Assembly: GCA_002633005.1 (NCBI GenBank)
Contig: NMRA01001232.1
Span: forward strand, 1 to 37,205
Direction of reading: 5' to 3'
Length of the DNA: 37,205 nt
Origin: Phoronis australis
Lineage: Eukaryota; Animalia; Phoronida
The notes under the pieces were generated by a model, which saw only the letters and a list, made by a program, of their open reading frames with translations, did no database searches and was not told where the DNA came from. Shown piece after piece: positions 1 through 12,704 of the stretch. Each line of letters begins with the position of its first letter. The stretch's first letter is position 1. Made by a program: the position numbers and the translations under genes.

Positions 1-373
1 TGACGGGCCGTTGCCTCCTCTTCTTTTCAATTCTTCTACGTAGCCTGGTGACAACATTTAACTCAAATTAGTGGTGATGCAGCAGTAGCGCAGGGTGAAA
101 ATGGTGATGATTGGGAAGGTTCTGGGGGACGACTTCCGTCCTTCCACAAACTAAAAAACGCGGTTATACTCATTCAGGTTTGTCTGCGTGTATATCAAGG
201 TGTTGCTTAGACCAGTCCCTAAATAGCAATATCAGCGTATAGCACAAGACTGGAAAAGCATATAACATTTACCTTCAACAGGCTTGTGTATGGATAATGA
301 AATCGTCTCATCATTGTGATTTTTTCTAAAAGTTACATATTTAGTTAAGTGACAATGTTGTGAAACGTTTTAC

Positions 374-607
374 CTTTAAGGGCTGTTGACAACGTCTGCT
401 TGAGCGGAAACACGCAAAGAATCCTGACTCCATAAACCCTTTTTGCCATGTTTGGGATTAGTGTGCACCGAAAAAGATGACTTTGTTAGACAATTCCCAT
501 TCTCATTCCCTTTGAATAAAACGTCCTACTTCCATTTATTTGAACATCCATGAGCATCCAGATAATGGCCCTTATGGTTGCATTCAAACATTTACTGGTA
601 GGACATT
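374..607 (-). pseudogene. Possible further exon remnant (LDLa-like start)
   Basis: ttctcAG|AA TGT CCT (ECPT), frameshifted FECNHKGHYL, donor AAAG|GTaaaa. Weak. Confidence 0.3.
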
Positions 608-781
608 CTGAGAATAGTGACGAATTTTGTTCACTATCTATCGTGATTTCCTTGCCTGGTGATTATAGTTTCTCTTTGTTAGAAAATCTAAAATATCAAA
701 CAGGTTATATGCAGGAAATCATCTGTATGGATCTGCATGGGCTCTAAAAACACGTCATGTTGTTATCAATTGGAATAGAGA

Positions 782-1008
782 AGGCAATGTGTCCTAGTGA
801 GATAAGTGTCCGTTTGAAGATCGTTTTACTCAAGGCCGTGGTTCGAGTCGCACCGGGGCTCTCTGCTAGACCCTAGCGTCCTAGCCCGGTTTTAACTTTA
901 TATTAATAAAGCACAAAAATGGTTTCAGAGGATCAGTGCAACGAACACATGAGAACGACCTGTGCACGTATGGTACAAGGTGTTCCAGACCGCCTGCAAA
1001 CAGTTTTT
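782..1008 (+). mobile_element. tRNA-derived SINE, copy 1
   Basis: A-box-like GTGTCCTAGTGAG and B-box GGTTCGAGTC (840-849). Collinear similarity over ~225 bp with the reverse complement of 13019-13235 (CGGTTTTAAC, AATAAA, CACATG, CCTGTGCA, CAGACCGCCTGCAA). Confidence 0.7.
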
Positions 1009-1160
1009 CATTCTTTGAATTTCATGAGATCATGAAACGCTAAGTACCAACAAACAACTATGAAGTCGGTAAACACAGTTGAAGCAAAATTCTTGTGACC
1101 TTTTAACCCGATCGTCGTCGTCGTCTGCACGCGCAAAAAAGTGCGGATAGTCCTAGTTAC

Positions 1161-1513
1161 CTTGGAGTTTGTATCCGTATTGCTGCGGTTACATGTCGTG
1201 GTCCTTTACTTTTGATAGAACCCTAAAGGAGAGTTTTTGCCCCATGTTGGCAAACACGGGACATTGCGAACGTGCTTCCACCTGTCGGCTAGATCATCAT
1301 TCAATCTCTGAAAGACCGCAAAACCGTCTTGTTCAACGTGGAACATAATAGACTTATCGACATGACGTACCTCTTGAGTGGTATACATCAAATAGTAAAA
1401 ATCCAGGCACCAGTTGGCTCGGGAAAGGAGCGGAGGTGTTTCCAATACAGCTTCGTAATAACTAAAAGATAGCAGCCGGACGTCAATAACGTTGAACGTC
1501 AACACATGTGCTC
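1161..1513 (-). pseudogene. Exon remnant: MAM C-terminal half
   Basis: Acceptor ttatttgtttttAG|GA (phase 1), peptide AVLETPPLLSRANWCLDFYYLM...DRWKHVR, a frameshifted tail, and donor CAAG|GTaact. Confidence 0.75.
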
Positions 1514-2806
1514 CTAAAAACAAATAACACGGATTCCATGCATGCGCAGTATTCATTTCTTTGAAAGAACGAAGCTAACTGGGCATTTCTGTGTATTTTC
1601 ATGCAAAATTGCAAATTTAGGTGTCATGTAACCTCAATCTTTGTGACGTTTGTTCGTGCTTGATCAAATCGCTTTTTCGCTCTCCATTTTCAACTCAAAA
1701 GAACTAATTCGCAATCCTCGGTGGCTGTATATCTTAATCCATACCATAAAATATCGCACAGTTGTGGATAATCGCGTGATCTTTACTAAAAAAAATGTGC
1801 GTTGAACGATATTTTCTAAATATTCCATGGGAAGACTGGGACTTTGTGTTTGAGCAGTATCTGAAATTTCTTTCACTTTACCTTTAGTTAGACAACATGT
1901 ATACAGCCAAAACAATGTCGCATATTGGATTTTCACTTTGTTGCCCAAACCAGAGAGATAATGACATATGTATGTAAAACGTTGTACTAATCAACCTTCG
2001 CTCTCAAGAAAAACGAATTTCAAACAACTAATAAAGTTAAAAATTAAAAAAAAAACACTAACCGTACTGTATTTTATCACATTTCTTAAATGAAATGCAG
2101 GTTAAATTTGTGCAGGACATTATTGAAATGTCTGTGTATTTGACCAATTATCAACAAAATTATAAATTTTAACTCAGCAAAAGCACTATTTTTCGTGAAA
2201 GTGTAAAACTTGTGAATTTTGATGTTTTGATTTTCTTATTAATTCGCAATTAATGGGATCGCATGATCATGTCTTTACAAAAATAGAAACGTCGAAGAAA
2301 GCTACAATAATCGCCAAACGACGGTATCAATAACTAGACTAAACTTCACTTGAAATTGCTATGGAGAAAAAATCTTAATGACGCTGTTACAATTTTCTTA
2401 TTTGTAATTATGCCTTTAAGCAAACTTTGGTATTTTTTAGGGAAATCTTAAAAGTCCCATTTTCGTAGCCCTCGTGTTACACGTAAGTGGACCGATTTAG
2501 AAACAGTCTGTGAAAATAGCGCACAAAGCAAGCATGGTATCTTAAAGTTTCGTGTTGATCCCATCAGCCAATTCTCAGAAACAACATTACAAATTGAGAC
2601 AAATTGAGAGATTTTTCAAGAGTTCTACATAAATTAGCTCTGTCAACCAAGCATATTAGGATTTCATACGAGGTAAGGGTTACCGATGTTGGTGTCAAAG
2701 TGAACTCATCTTGGCGCATCTATCTTACAAAGCCTGCTGCCAGGCTTATGATAACGCAGACTGCTTGTACTTTTTTGTTAAATTGCGATTACGGTAGTAA
2801 TGTTAC

Positions 2807-2949
2807 CTGGCAATGAGCAATCTGCAGGGGCAATTTGTTTTGTATTGCCAACAACACGTCGCCACGTGCCGGTGTGATCTAATGCGGTCTGCAATCCACA
2901 CATAGTCTCTTCAAAATCGCAATTCATTTGGTATAAGTATCTGGAAGAG
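2807..2949 (-). pseudogene. Exon remnant: MAM N-terminal half
   Basis: Acceptor tatcttttAG, peptide MNCDFEETMCGLQTALDHTGTWRRV, donor CAG|GTaaca. Confidence 0.75.
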
Positions 2950-3676
2950 CTAAAAGATACATCGCACGTGGGTGAAACAAAATAACTGAAACAATACCCT
3001 CGTCATCGTGAAACATGACATTCGGATGTGTGATTTTAAGTTTGCTAAGCTAGTTTCCAAAACTGCCCATACGCTACGCATTTGTCATATCTTTGAGCGT
3101 GTTCAAAACTTTTCATCCAGTCTCTTACTAACGGCGTGCGACACTTTACACGACATTTTATCGCAGAAACGCCTTGTATCCGTCGCATGACGTCATGGGC
3201 GGCGTACAATAGGTGGCTGGGGAGGGGGGGCTACAGCCCCCTCACGTTTTAAGTGCTGTGTCGCATATGGGCGTACGTTCGAGTCACCAGATGAAACGGC
3301 AATTAAAAAGCAATACATTTGCTTATGGAATATTTCTAGCATAATGATTTAAGTAAGCTCTTCCAATACTTTTGTAGATAGTCAATTTAAAAAGTTACAT
3401 GCACAAGGTTGTCAGTTCTTGTAAATTGAACCATAATAGATAGCCTTTATAGAAGCAAGGAGACACTCTCATTGTATCCATGACAACGAAGTCAACCGGT
3501 AGCGATTACACGAAAAGTTAGCTAATGACTGTGTTATTTGGAGAACGAATGGTAGTAAAGAAAGTTTTTAACACGCTGTACAACAGAAAATATTCAATAA
3601 GCACCCGAGTCGAAGGTTTCGAAATATTTGTACAGAGAAATTGCCCACCTATTTACATTTTCGGGAAAATGCCCAC

Positions 3677-4011
3677 CGTTACAACGAGAAACTGTAACGT
3701 CGTCAATCGCTGCAGCAGCTCTCACTTTCGGTTTTAATGACAGCAATGAGAAGATCAATCGCAGTTGCCTACGTGAAACTATCGGATATTTCACACGTGT
3801 CAAGCGACGTTCCCTCCTGTCCAAACGTATCGAGGCAATCTCTTCAAGTTACTGCCAGCAGTCAATTGCGAGATTCTGCAGGGTGCCAATACCGTACGAG
3901 AAAAAAAATAATTCGACACAGTAGTTTGCCGGGACATCTATCGATGCAAAAAGAAGTTGACCGTCTTCATACGGAGTGTGATCGTGAGCGCTTTCCGAAA
4001 CATATAGAAAC
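3677..4011 (-). pseudogene. Exon remnant: MAM C-terminal half
   Basis: Acceptor attttcaAG|GT TTC TAT ATG TTT completes G-FYMF in phase with the previous exon. After frameshifts: YCVELFFFSYGIGTL, YVWTGG, AAAAIDDVTVSRCNG. Confidence 0.8.
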
Positions 4012-4277
4012 CTTGAAAATGAGATATTACTTGATTTCTTTATTTAGGGATTGTGCTGACAGAATGCATGTTATGACTGCTTAAACAACATACGTCACGT
4101 GGAAGATGTTAATCCTTAGATGTCAGTGTAGTCAACCAAATGACCATCAAAGGACCGTGGAACTAAGACTGTGTTTTGCTCCCTAACTATGCTAAAGTTG
4201 ACAATTTGAGATACGCGTGCCATGTTGTTAGTTTTTAATGAAGAAGGGTTGAACAGAGGTGACTTAATTACACTTAC

Positions 4278-4823
4278 CTTCACTAGTCCCCGATGTATGG
4301 TCTGCAAAAGGCCTGTGCTTATCATCTTGACGGGCCTCACCTGCTGCTTTGTTCACCCAGTTGAAGCTATTCTGATTATCATTAGTGAAAGAGAGCTTAG
4401 TGCCTCCTTAAGTGTCGCACTTCACGAGCAGCAAGTTTGTCGGAGATATAGAAGTTTCTTTATGAGGAGTAGAGGTTGATGTTCCCGGTACGGTGTATGT
4501 GGCGACATTATTGTTGCAATTAAACACTAGCACGTCGTAGATTGCAAGGACATGGCCGTATTCAGAACGTTTTGCTACGATGGCAATAGCCTCAACATTA
4601 GCATGTAGTTCCAAGAAAGCTCTACGCCCATCAGTAATTTGTGCATCGTCAATCTACAATTGTGTCTTAAGTGAAGACCCGTTGACCATTATTTCTAACA
4701 CTGGCCGTATACCGTACGAAGTACAGTGGAACTCAAAACATCTTGACATACTTTTGTCGTCCTCGGGTAGTGCCATTGATGAAATCCCTTTCGTATTTGA
4801 CTTACTCAGGAAGAGGAAATGGC
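4278..4823 (-). pseudogene. Exon remnant: MAM C-half plus N-half of the next MAM
   Basis: One reading frame: HFLFL...RCFEFHCTSYG...QL*...VLAIYDVLVFNC...CDT*GG...FNWV...RPFADHTSGTSEG. Stops at 4654-4656 and 4408-4410. Donor GAAG|GTaagt (phase 1). Confidence 0.8.
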
Positions 4824-5487
4824 TTAAGAACCGGAGCAAAATGTGAAATTTTAAATGCACAACATGCATAAGTCACAACGACACCCGTTGAATGGTGCAA
4901 CATTTAATAATGAACACCAAGGAAAAATGTTGACTGGTTCACTGAAAACTGTTTTTTTTTTCTTCTCGCTACCTAAAACACAACTGGTTAACTATGTCAC
5001 TCTCCAACATAAGACTGACGCAAATCGTTCGATTCCAATATGGATTTCCCCTTGCATCCCTAGGCAGTGCTCTCAGGATATCACCAAACAAACAGTATCA
5101 ACGGCTATCAATTTAAACTGAGTTATTTATCAATTCTATAATTGATCCGGTTATCAACACAGGTGATTTCAAAGTTATTTTATGTCATCAAAAAATTGGA
5201 GACCTGTTGTACCTAGCTTGCGTTAATCACAATTGTCGTGCTTAGGTTACAACTGCTGAGCAAAAGAAACGATCTTGTTAACCACTGAGTGTTTACGACA
5301 AAGATCGTGTCTGTGTAATTTCGATTTCCGTTAGCAGGGAAGATTGACGTAAACAGACGGATATGTTTTAGGACAATTCACAAGCACAAAAGTACATAAA
5401 TTGGAGTATTGACAGAATTCATACGCATTCGCTTATCATGGTAGTTGGATTATTTAGGATCATCAAATTTAACAAGAGGGAGTTTAC

Positions 5488-5879
5488 CTTGACTTCTTTA
5501 AGTACGTGTGGTCCACTATTGATAAAAATAGATTTGTGTCTGTTACTATAGCAGTGATTGCTATAAGGGATACTTTGTGTAGTATCTATAAGAACAGAAT
5601 GGTGACTTGCATGATTCGTTTGGTAGTTCTTATGCCCGTGAGAAACACGTCTCACTGGTGTTCCCTGGCAGTGACCGCCACTGTCTTTCGGTCTGCTTAT
5701 GCTGTAGCGAATATTGTGGTAATGGACAATTTTCTGATCTTCTTGGTGTAGTAAATCTGTCGTAAGGAGGTCCTTCATGCTATTTCGGGCAATTCCCTCC
5801 CTCCACGGGTTGTCCCAGTGTATCCATGCGCATGGTGACTCAAAATCACACACTTCACCGTTACTACTTGGAACCATTG
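5488..5879 (-). pseudogene. Exon remnant: degenerate MAM domain
   Basis: VCDFESPCAWIHWDNPW, then after frameshifts EGPPYD...LPGNTSETCFS and LHKVSLIAITAIV..FLSIVD. Donor AAG|GTaaac at 5487. The upstream pyrimidine tract ends in AA instead of AG. Confidence 0.65.
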
Positions 5880-5984
5880 TTATAAAACAAAAATATGCGA
5901 AAAGTAGATACGGTTTGAAGATATACAGTCATGATATTTGACCTTAAGTGCCATCCTGTATTTGTTTGTTTGTGTGTGTATATT

Positions 5985-5987
<3 letters not shown>

Positions 5988-6042
<55 letters not shown>
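5988..6042. repeat. (GT)n microsatellite abutting the assembly gap
   Basis: Pure GT run directly followed by Ns. Confidence 0.98.
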
Positions 6043-6199
6043 NNNNNNNNNNNNNNNNNNNNNNNNNNNNNNNNNNNNNNNNNNNNNNNNNNNNNNNNNN
6101 NNNNNNNNNNNNNNNNNNNNNNNNNNNNNNNNNNNNNNNNNNNNNNNNNNNNNNNNNNNNNNNNNNNNNNNNNNNNNNNNNNNNNNNNNNNNNNNNNNN
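6043..6199. other. Assembly gap (157 N)
   Basis: Run of N. Confidence 1.
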
Positions 6200-6734
6200 C
6201 CAAATCAAATGGATCAACCGCAGAAGCATTATGAACAGTTGAAGCAACCCCCGCAATACAAAGTGTCGTGATCAAACCGTGACTAAGTTGTCGCAGTATG
6301 CCGTGCATGCAAGCGAAAAAATCCATAGACACACGATCGAGAGTTCTATCGCTAGCAATGGCGCTGCACTTACCCATTGCACACGTGACGTGTTATCGTG
6401 AAGGCAAACCTCTCTGCCTATAGAACAAAGTTTGTAAAGGAATAACGGAAACTCTCAGGATGGGAACAATTGGGGTGAGATCAGAAATGACGGACAGTGG
6501 TGTGTAATCGCTAGAGTCACCCTTACCGATCACCACTACTATGTTGTGAACTCGGACTCTCACCTGTTGCCGCATATATGTGATATCGAAAGTCAACGAT
6601 TTTATTTTCAAACCCAGCTTACTATAAACAAGCACAAGTGTGTGGGGGTCCCAGTTAACGGACCTCCCGGAACTCTTAGGAAGCACTGAACAGTTCTCAC
6701 AGGGATTTGCCTATCAGAACACACAATGTATAAC
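6200..6734 (-). pseudogene. Exon remnant: MAM C-terminal half plus LDLa-like repeats
   Basis: Acceptor cttttAG|GT TAT (phase 1, GYTL). LVLVYSKLGLKIKSLTF...IVVVIGKGDS resembles a MAM C-half. After frameshifts, CSHPESFR..VCL..VCNG..ASD and SMDFFACMHG..LCI resemble LDLa. Runs into the N gap. Confidence 0.45.
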
Positions 6735-9700
6735 CTAAAAGACCTGGTCGCACGCGTTGTTTACCCTTATTACATGGTTAGAGGATGTTATAAGGATCCA
6801 AGAAGTAATACCCCATAACTAATACAAGATCCGTACTCGAAAAAAGTTTAAATGAATGCGCCACTCACCCGAAGAACCACCGCCATTTTGAACTTGCCGC
6901 GAACCCGGAAGTACAGTTGTACAATTCATTCAGGAACCCAGGCTAGCCGCTAAGAAAACGCCGTCAGTGTGGATGGACAAGTGCCTGTTACCAGCTTGCA
7001 AACGGGGATAAAATAATCGTCAGCGCACCTTAATTTTAATAAAATCAAAATACGGACGGCTTTATCGAATTTGCTGAAGAAATGTGGCGAATAAATTTTG
7101 ACAGAAATTATTTTGCTAGACTCGGGACCGCAGCCTATCGGACCCGATGCCGATCGAGAACAGACATTGGCGAACGGCAAATGCATGCGGTTTCGAGCTG
7201 GTTTGTCGAAGTTAAATGCTCAAATCATTTATCGTAATCTATTTTGCCCGGGGTACGCCGCGAGCTATGTTGCAGAGTAAAACAAGAGGAGGATTGCGAA
7301 TATTGTCATTTATTATGACGTAATAGATAAAACTAATTAAGACTCTGCAAGATGGGCATGCAAAAAACGCCCACCGGCGTGTACAGCGAATAGCCCTGCA
7401 AGAGGGAACAAAACAAAAAAACTGCCTGAAGGGCTTAAAGGAAAAGTACAGAACATGAAAACAAAAATTGAAAAAAACCTAACAGGAAATGTATACGAGC
7501 AAAGAGAAAGTGGAACCGACACCCGGGATGGGGGGTGGGGGAAAATGAAGAGAACGAACGTAGGTCTTGTAGATGACGAGGTAGGTGGCTGAATGAGAGA
7601 CCACGTTGAACAGAACAAAGGAAATATGGGCCACCAATCAGGAGTCGCGTAGAGAAACGTATGAATACAAAAGTAGGCCCTAGAGGCTATAAATAGAGAT
7701 GAGTAATGCAAAATAAACCCTAAGGATTGGTCTCAAAATAAAGAGACAAGTGTCAAAATAATGACGATAAATGCATTTAACAAGTTAAATTCAATAAATG
7801 TCGCATATATTTAAAGATAGTTTCAGACACTTGCATGAAATTACGGGCTGTTTAGTCCTGTGTCACACTGCCGCGGCAGACCCTGGCTTGCCTCAGTGAC
7901 AGCTACCAGTGAAGGCTATCGTCAAAGTACTGCTTCTTAGTACATGTAGGCCTACCTATACAGCTTTGTGCCAAGGCTACCCTTAGGACTAACTGGTCGC
8001 TGGCCAGAGCGCTGGCTCAAACGAGGTATATTTAGAACTTGGGTACTTCTCGCGAACTGTGCAAAGTTGTTGGCTTTCAATAGAGATTTGCCCAGACTTT
8101 GTATGAGCGCACCTAGCCTAAAAGAATGAGGGGGGGGGGGCTGGAATTTTTGGGAATGTCTATCTTTTACGATAAGATTCACTGGGTATGTTCAGAGCTA
8201 TGAATTGCAGACGCTAAATTTTGGTACTTCTTGTATTCTAGTGAAATATTGTCTTATTTTCTACTTTTTTCGGAATTCGTGCTTCTCTGACTGAGGCAGA
8301 CCTTCTTCCATTTCTTCAAATAGGGGACTCGTTCGAGCACATAAGTATTTCAAGTCCAATACAAAATGTTATCATTTTTATTCATTAACCCAAAATGATA
8401 ATAAGTAACTTAAAATAAACAATACTTTACAACATTTAGCATTACAAACACTATTCAATACATGCACACACCCAGCCTTCAATACGGGGACTCGAATTCC
8501 CGGCGATATGGGGGTTTTGCTAAAAAAAGGAGTAGGCAGACTAAAAAAAAATGGGAGAACCACTGTGAATTGCGCGTTTGCTCTTCTTTAGTGGACTTTT
8601 GCCCCATTTTCTCCGGCATTTTTTTCTTGGGGGCGGACCTTTTTGCCCACTTCGCCAAATGGGGGGGGCTCGTTCTAGTCCCCCAACCCCCTGGTTGCGC
8701 GCATGCAACAGCAAGTTTCCGTGTTATGAAAGTGGACTTACATGTCACTATTACCATGGTGACTGAATAGTGTTTCCTTACACCAGAATTTGACAAGCAT
8801 GATTAAGAAAACATGAAGTTGCAAGGAAAAAGAATTGGAGGCTTGACGCTTCACAATCCAACATAGCTTATTTCCCAAATTAAGATTATTCATATTATTG
8901 ATTTGATAACCTGAATTAAGAAGCAATAAGTTATAAAACATGACTTGAAAGCAATAGAGACTTAAACTTTAGAAAAATATGAATCATTTTGTGACACCGA
9001 ATCAAGCCTTGAACAGCAGTTGACAATCAAACAAAAAACGATTTCAAAATTATTTCAACTATTTTTTTAGCTTAGTGTAAGATCACCTGAATGAGAAATT
9101 CATAGTAAAATAATTCGAATATATCTTATTTTTTGCACACAAAACAAGAAAATTGATCAAAGTTCCTTTTTTGTAGCAACGTTTGTCAAAATGTATCAGC
9201 GTTAAATCTTCAAAAATTACAAAGTAGCCGATTGAACATGCCTTTCAGTTCATCAAAATTCGCCATGCTGACGGTGCCGCCAGAAATGAGACGAAGTCCA
9301 ACGGGAATTGTCAGCACATTTATCACTCATTGAGTTACAACTGCGAGCCTGAAATTTGGTGAACACTGTTGAATCGTGCAAAATAGTAATTAAAGATATG
9401 TCTAACTAAATTTCACCGTAATTTGTAGGCGAAAACAATTTACACAAATTTTTAAACTCGTAACTTATCCCGCTGTCCTCCAATATGGCCGACGCGATTC
9501 AAACAAAGTGACCCAAATTTTGCCACAAAAATTGCAATATCTTTATACTGCTTGCCACAATTTTGATACTTTTTCGATTTTTACTGAGTAGAATGCACTA
9601 ACTTTCCGATGATAGCAAAGTACTTTTTCAAAACAAGAAAAAAATCAAAACGAAAAAAATGTTTCGACCCATATTGGTTCCTAGGTTCGAGCGGCCTACG

Positions 9701-12700
9701 TAAGGAACTAAACACCAATGCTATTTTACCATAAGAACTACGCGTAACATTCCAAAAAAAATTCAACGACCACTAACTACAAACTATAAATACACTACAC
9801 ACAAAAACGAATCACGAGATATTACTAATAAAACAAATAATGAAGAATTTTCGAGCAAGCCATAGCACATTCAATTACAAGGAAAAAATGGCGGCGTTCA
9901 GGACAAGTTCCTGAATTGATGAGCCGGAAATGTGGGTACGGAAATAACCGATGACAGCCGATAATTATACGCTCAGAGAGAATGGACAAATACTGTTAAA
10001 AAATCGCTTTTGGCAAAAAAGGCAAAAAGAATATAAAGAAAGGGTGTCGAAAATAAGATTTTATGTAGTAAGCATTTTCGGATACTTGAACCACATGGGC
10101 AGTTTGAGAGCAGGACTTTAACACTCATTGGTTCTTTTAAGAATATCGACAGCATCACTGACGCGTCAGCGTGTTAGAAATGACTCGTCAGAAAAGAATA
10201 GTCACAAGGTGACGCTAGTGTTGTTCCATACATATTGGCATGCAACGTGGTGGAAAATGAAAGGCATGCCAGTGAAATAATACTTTTTTCTTCTTTCTAT
10301 TGATATCCTTTACAACAAATGAGGGCATTAATGAATATTTTTTAAAAATTGAAGTAATGGGAGCATTTCACACATTTTTCACTCACTGGTAAATTCTTCT
10401 AACATTTAGTGCATGAACTTTCAGCAGCTAAATGGCTGTAGACGAATTGATTTTAATGATATCGTTATCAAACTATTTGCGCAAAAAACTCTGCTTTCAA
10501 CAGAGAGTGTACATCTTTACTTTAATGATAAACGTTCGAGAAAATGTTTTTTTTTTCTAATTTACTGCCTTGCCATATTTCGCCTAGAAAAATCCGAAAA
10601 GTGTCAATGTCATACTCACCAATCACGTCCTAATCCATTCCTCGTCATTTTTTCACTTTATCTCACCATTTCCATTTATGACCACTGACAAAATGGTAAA
10701 CTTAGTCTTTTCTCAGTCAAGGTCCATGTTGACGTTTTTAGGGTTCAAACTGAATTTGCACTTAATTGGTCAAATGTATTAACAAGAACCAATCAAGTTA
10801 CAAAATGCGGCTCGAATTGGTAATTTTTTTATTAAAATAGTGCGGAATATTTTTAAAATTCAATTTAACAGTTTTGGGAATAAAGTCTAAAGCTACCATT
10901 TGAGACCCCATTCAAAAGTTTTTGATGAAATTTGTATTAAGTGTTGTATTAATTTCTGAGAAAGAATGTACAAAAACACCTCGACGTGTGTAAAAATGGC
11001 GAAAACGACAATACGTCGAATACAACATGTAATCGAAAATGGGCAGGTATCGTCACAAGTAAAATAGAAAAATATCTAAAGATACAGACGAAAACGTAAA
11101 TAACCAAAATTGTCACAAGGAAGTAAAGTGACAATCGCTTCGGTCGAAAACTCGTCGTCATCCATTGACAACAATATAAAAATACTACTGCATGCCACAT
11201 CTCATAAGATGTCGCATAGGCCAGTAGTGCTAATGAACGCCGGAAGCTGCAGGTCCAGACTGTGACGAATTGCCCAGGTCAGAAACGGTAACACATATTA
11301 CAAAACATCATATTCGTGGCGTGCGTGACATTTTTCCCTTCATGCGTGTCGGAAGTTTACAACATTAATGAGATTTATGACACTTTGACATAAATCCTGT
11401 TATTTGGGCAAATGCCATTCAACAGCCCCGCAGGCTTCATATCCAATTCCTAGTTATAGTCGGTGGGCCAGATCTCGTAGATCTTGTGAGTACTTTGGGG
11501 GGGCAACCTAGTTTTTTCTATGTGGCTAGATAATATACCTATAAATCAATTTCCAAAAAGTTACCACGTCTACACTTGCACATTTTTTTTAAAAAAAGGT
11601 GTTTTTGTTGCACAAAATATGATGCACATTCCTGCCACTTGATGGCGCTTTTCTATTGAATTCACCAATCAGAGAGCCAGATTGTATTGTTGTGGTTAGT
11701 TACTTCAATATGGCTGCTCCCATGGAGTGTGATGCCTGTATAATTCAAGGTTTATCAAACAGAATTTAGCCCTGTCCCCCCCCCTTGGCTGCCGCTAAAA
11801 CAGCAAATAGGAAATATAGAGTTTACTAATGAAATCCGACAATTAGCATGCGACTGGAACAAGACGTAACAATGTCTGCAGCTAGTTTGTGTGTCGGAAT
11901 CAAACCGCCGGCGCGATTAGTCCTCTGTTTGAATTTTGGTACAAAGTACATATTCCCAGATCTTCGGGCCTCACCTATGTTTAGACAGGGTGCGCGCATG
12001 GGATCGTGTTTTGCCCCATTGTCACAGACAAATTTATGGGTCCCCCTTATAATATCCTAGATTCGCCACTGAACCATACCTTAAACGTTTGAATAAGATG
12101 TTTGTTGAGGCGTTTTAAGAGTATTTCGACTCTGCTCCTAAGCGCGTAACATAATTTATCTACGCTCTTCGACTCCTTTACTTATTCCTGTTCGAAAAGT
12201 ATAGACAAGAAAACAAAAACTAAATAAATAAACAAGAAATAAAAAAATAATAACAGGTTTGTAATTTAAAATATTTTTGCACAAGAACCACTGAATAAAT
12301 TTTTATGGCCAAATGCATCAGAGTTGTATAAAAGGGTACGTGCACTACAAATTGTGGTCACAGCCCACTTCTATTATGCAAAAATTCATAAGGCGGGTTT
12401 TAATTTAACATATTCTTGATCAAATTGAAGAAGTAGCACATACTAAACAACTTATTACCTTGCTGATCAAGTTGTTGCAGATGATGATACATTGCATATC
12501 TTATCACTGTATAATGAGAACTTCTAGTCTTGCAAAATGATTCTTACAAAAAGAAAATGACAAGTAACTACTTTTTCAAAAACTTTGTTGGCGCTATTTA
12601 ACTAGTAGTCAGGCTTGTTGTTAAATGTTGGAATTTTTTGGGAAAGTGGAAACTGTACATTTAAGAAACCTCATGGAATGACAAGTCAGAAAATAATTGA

Positions 12701-12704
12701 TTCC

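Larger units (their letters stand above)
1161..6734 (-). pseudogene. Unprocessed pseudogene for a MAM-repeat / LDL-receptor class A protein (MALRD1/MAMDC-like architecture)
   Basis: At least six exon remnants carry MAM motifs (CDFESPCAW, CDFEETMCG, PFADHTSGTSEG|FYMF, CVELFFFSYG, CLDFYYLM, AIDDVTVSRC). Most are flanked by GT/AG sites. In-frame stops and frameshifts are multiple. Confidence 0.8.

Noticed and set aside
783-860. Functional tRNA gene
   Set aside because: No complete cloverleaf or acceptor stem, and homology to 13019-13235 continues ~150 bp beyond the tRNA-like head, as expected for a SINE.
5864-6377. Several ORFs of 98-165 aa, and an apparent signal peptide (GLITTLCIAGVASTVHNASA)
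   Set aside because: The ORFs are inflated by (GT)n and the N gap. The segment fits better as degenerate LDLa sequence downstream of another MAM remnant.
41-6944. TAGCCTGG...CCAGGCTA inverted pair enclosing the MAM pseudogene (gene capture by a transposon)
   Set aside because: Only 8 bp, no TSD and no subterminal similarity; compatible with chance.
7337-7711. 124-aa hydrophobic minus-strand ORF
   Set aside because: Reverse complement of a purine-rich low-complexity tract; no recognisable domain or splice support.
9888-9938. ATG GCG GCG... MAAFRTSS*IDEPEMW as the KYAT first exon
   Set aside because: In-frame TGA, and the available GT gives phase 0 rather than the required phase 2.
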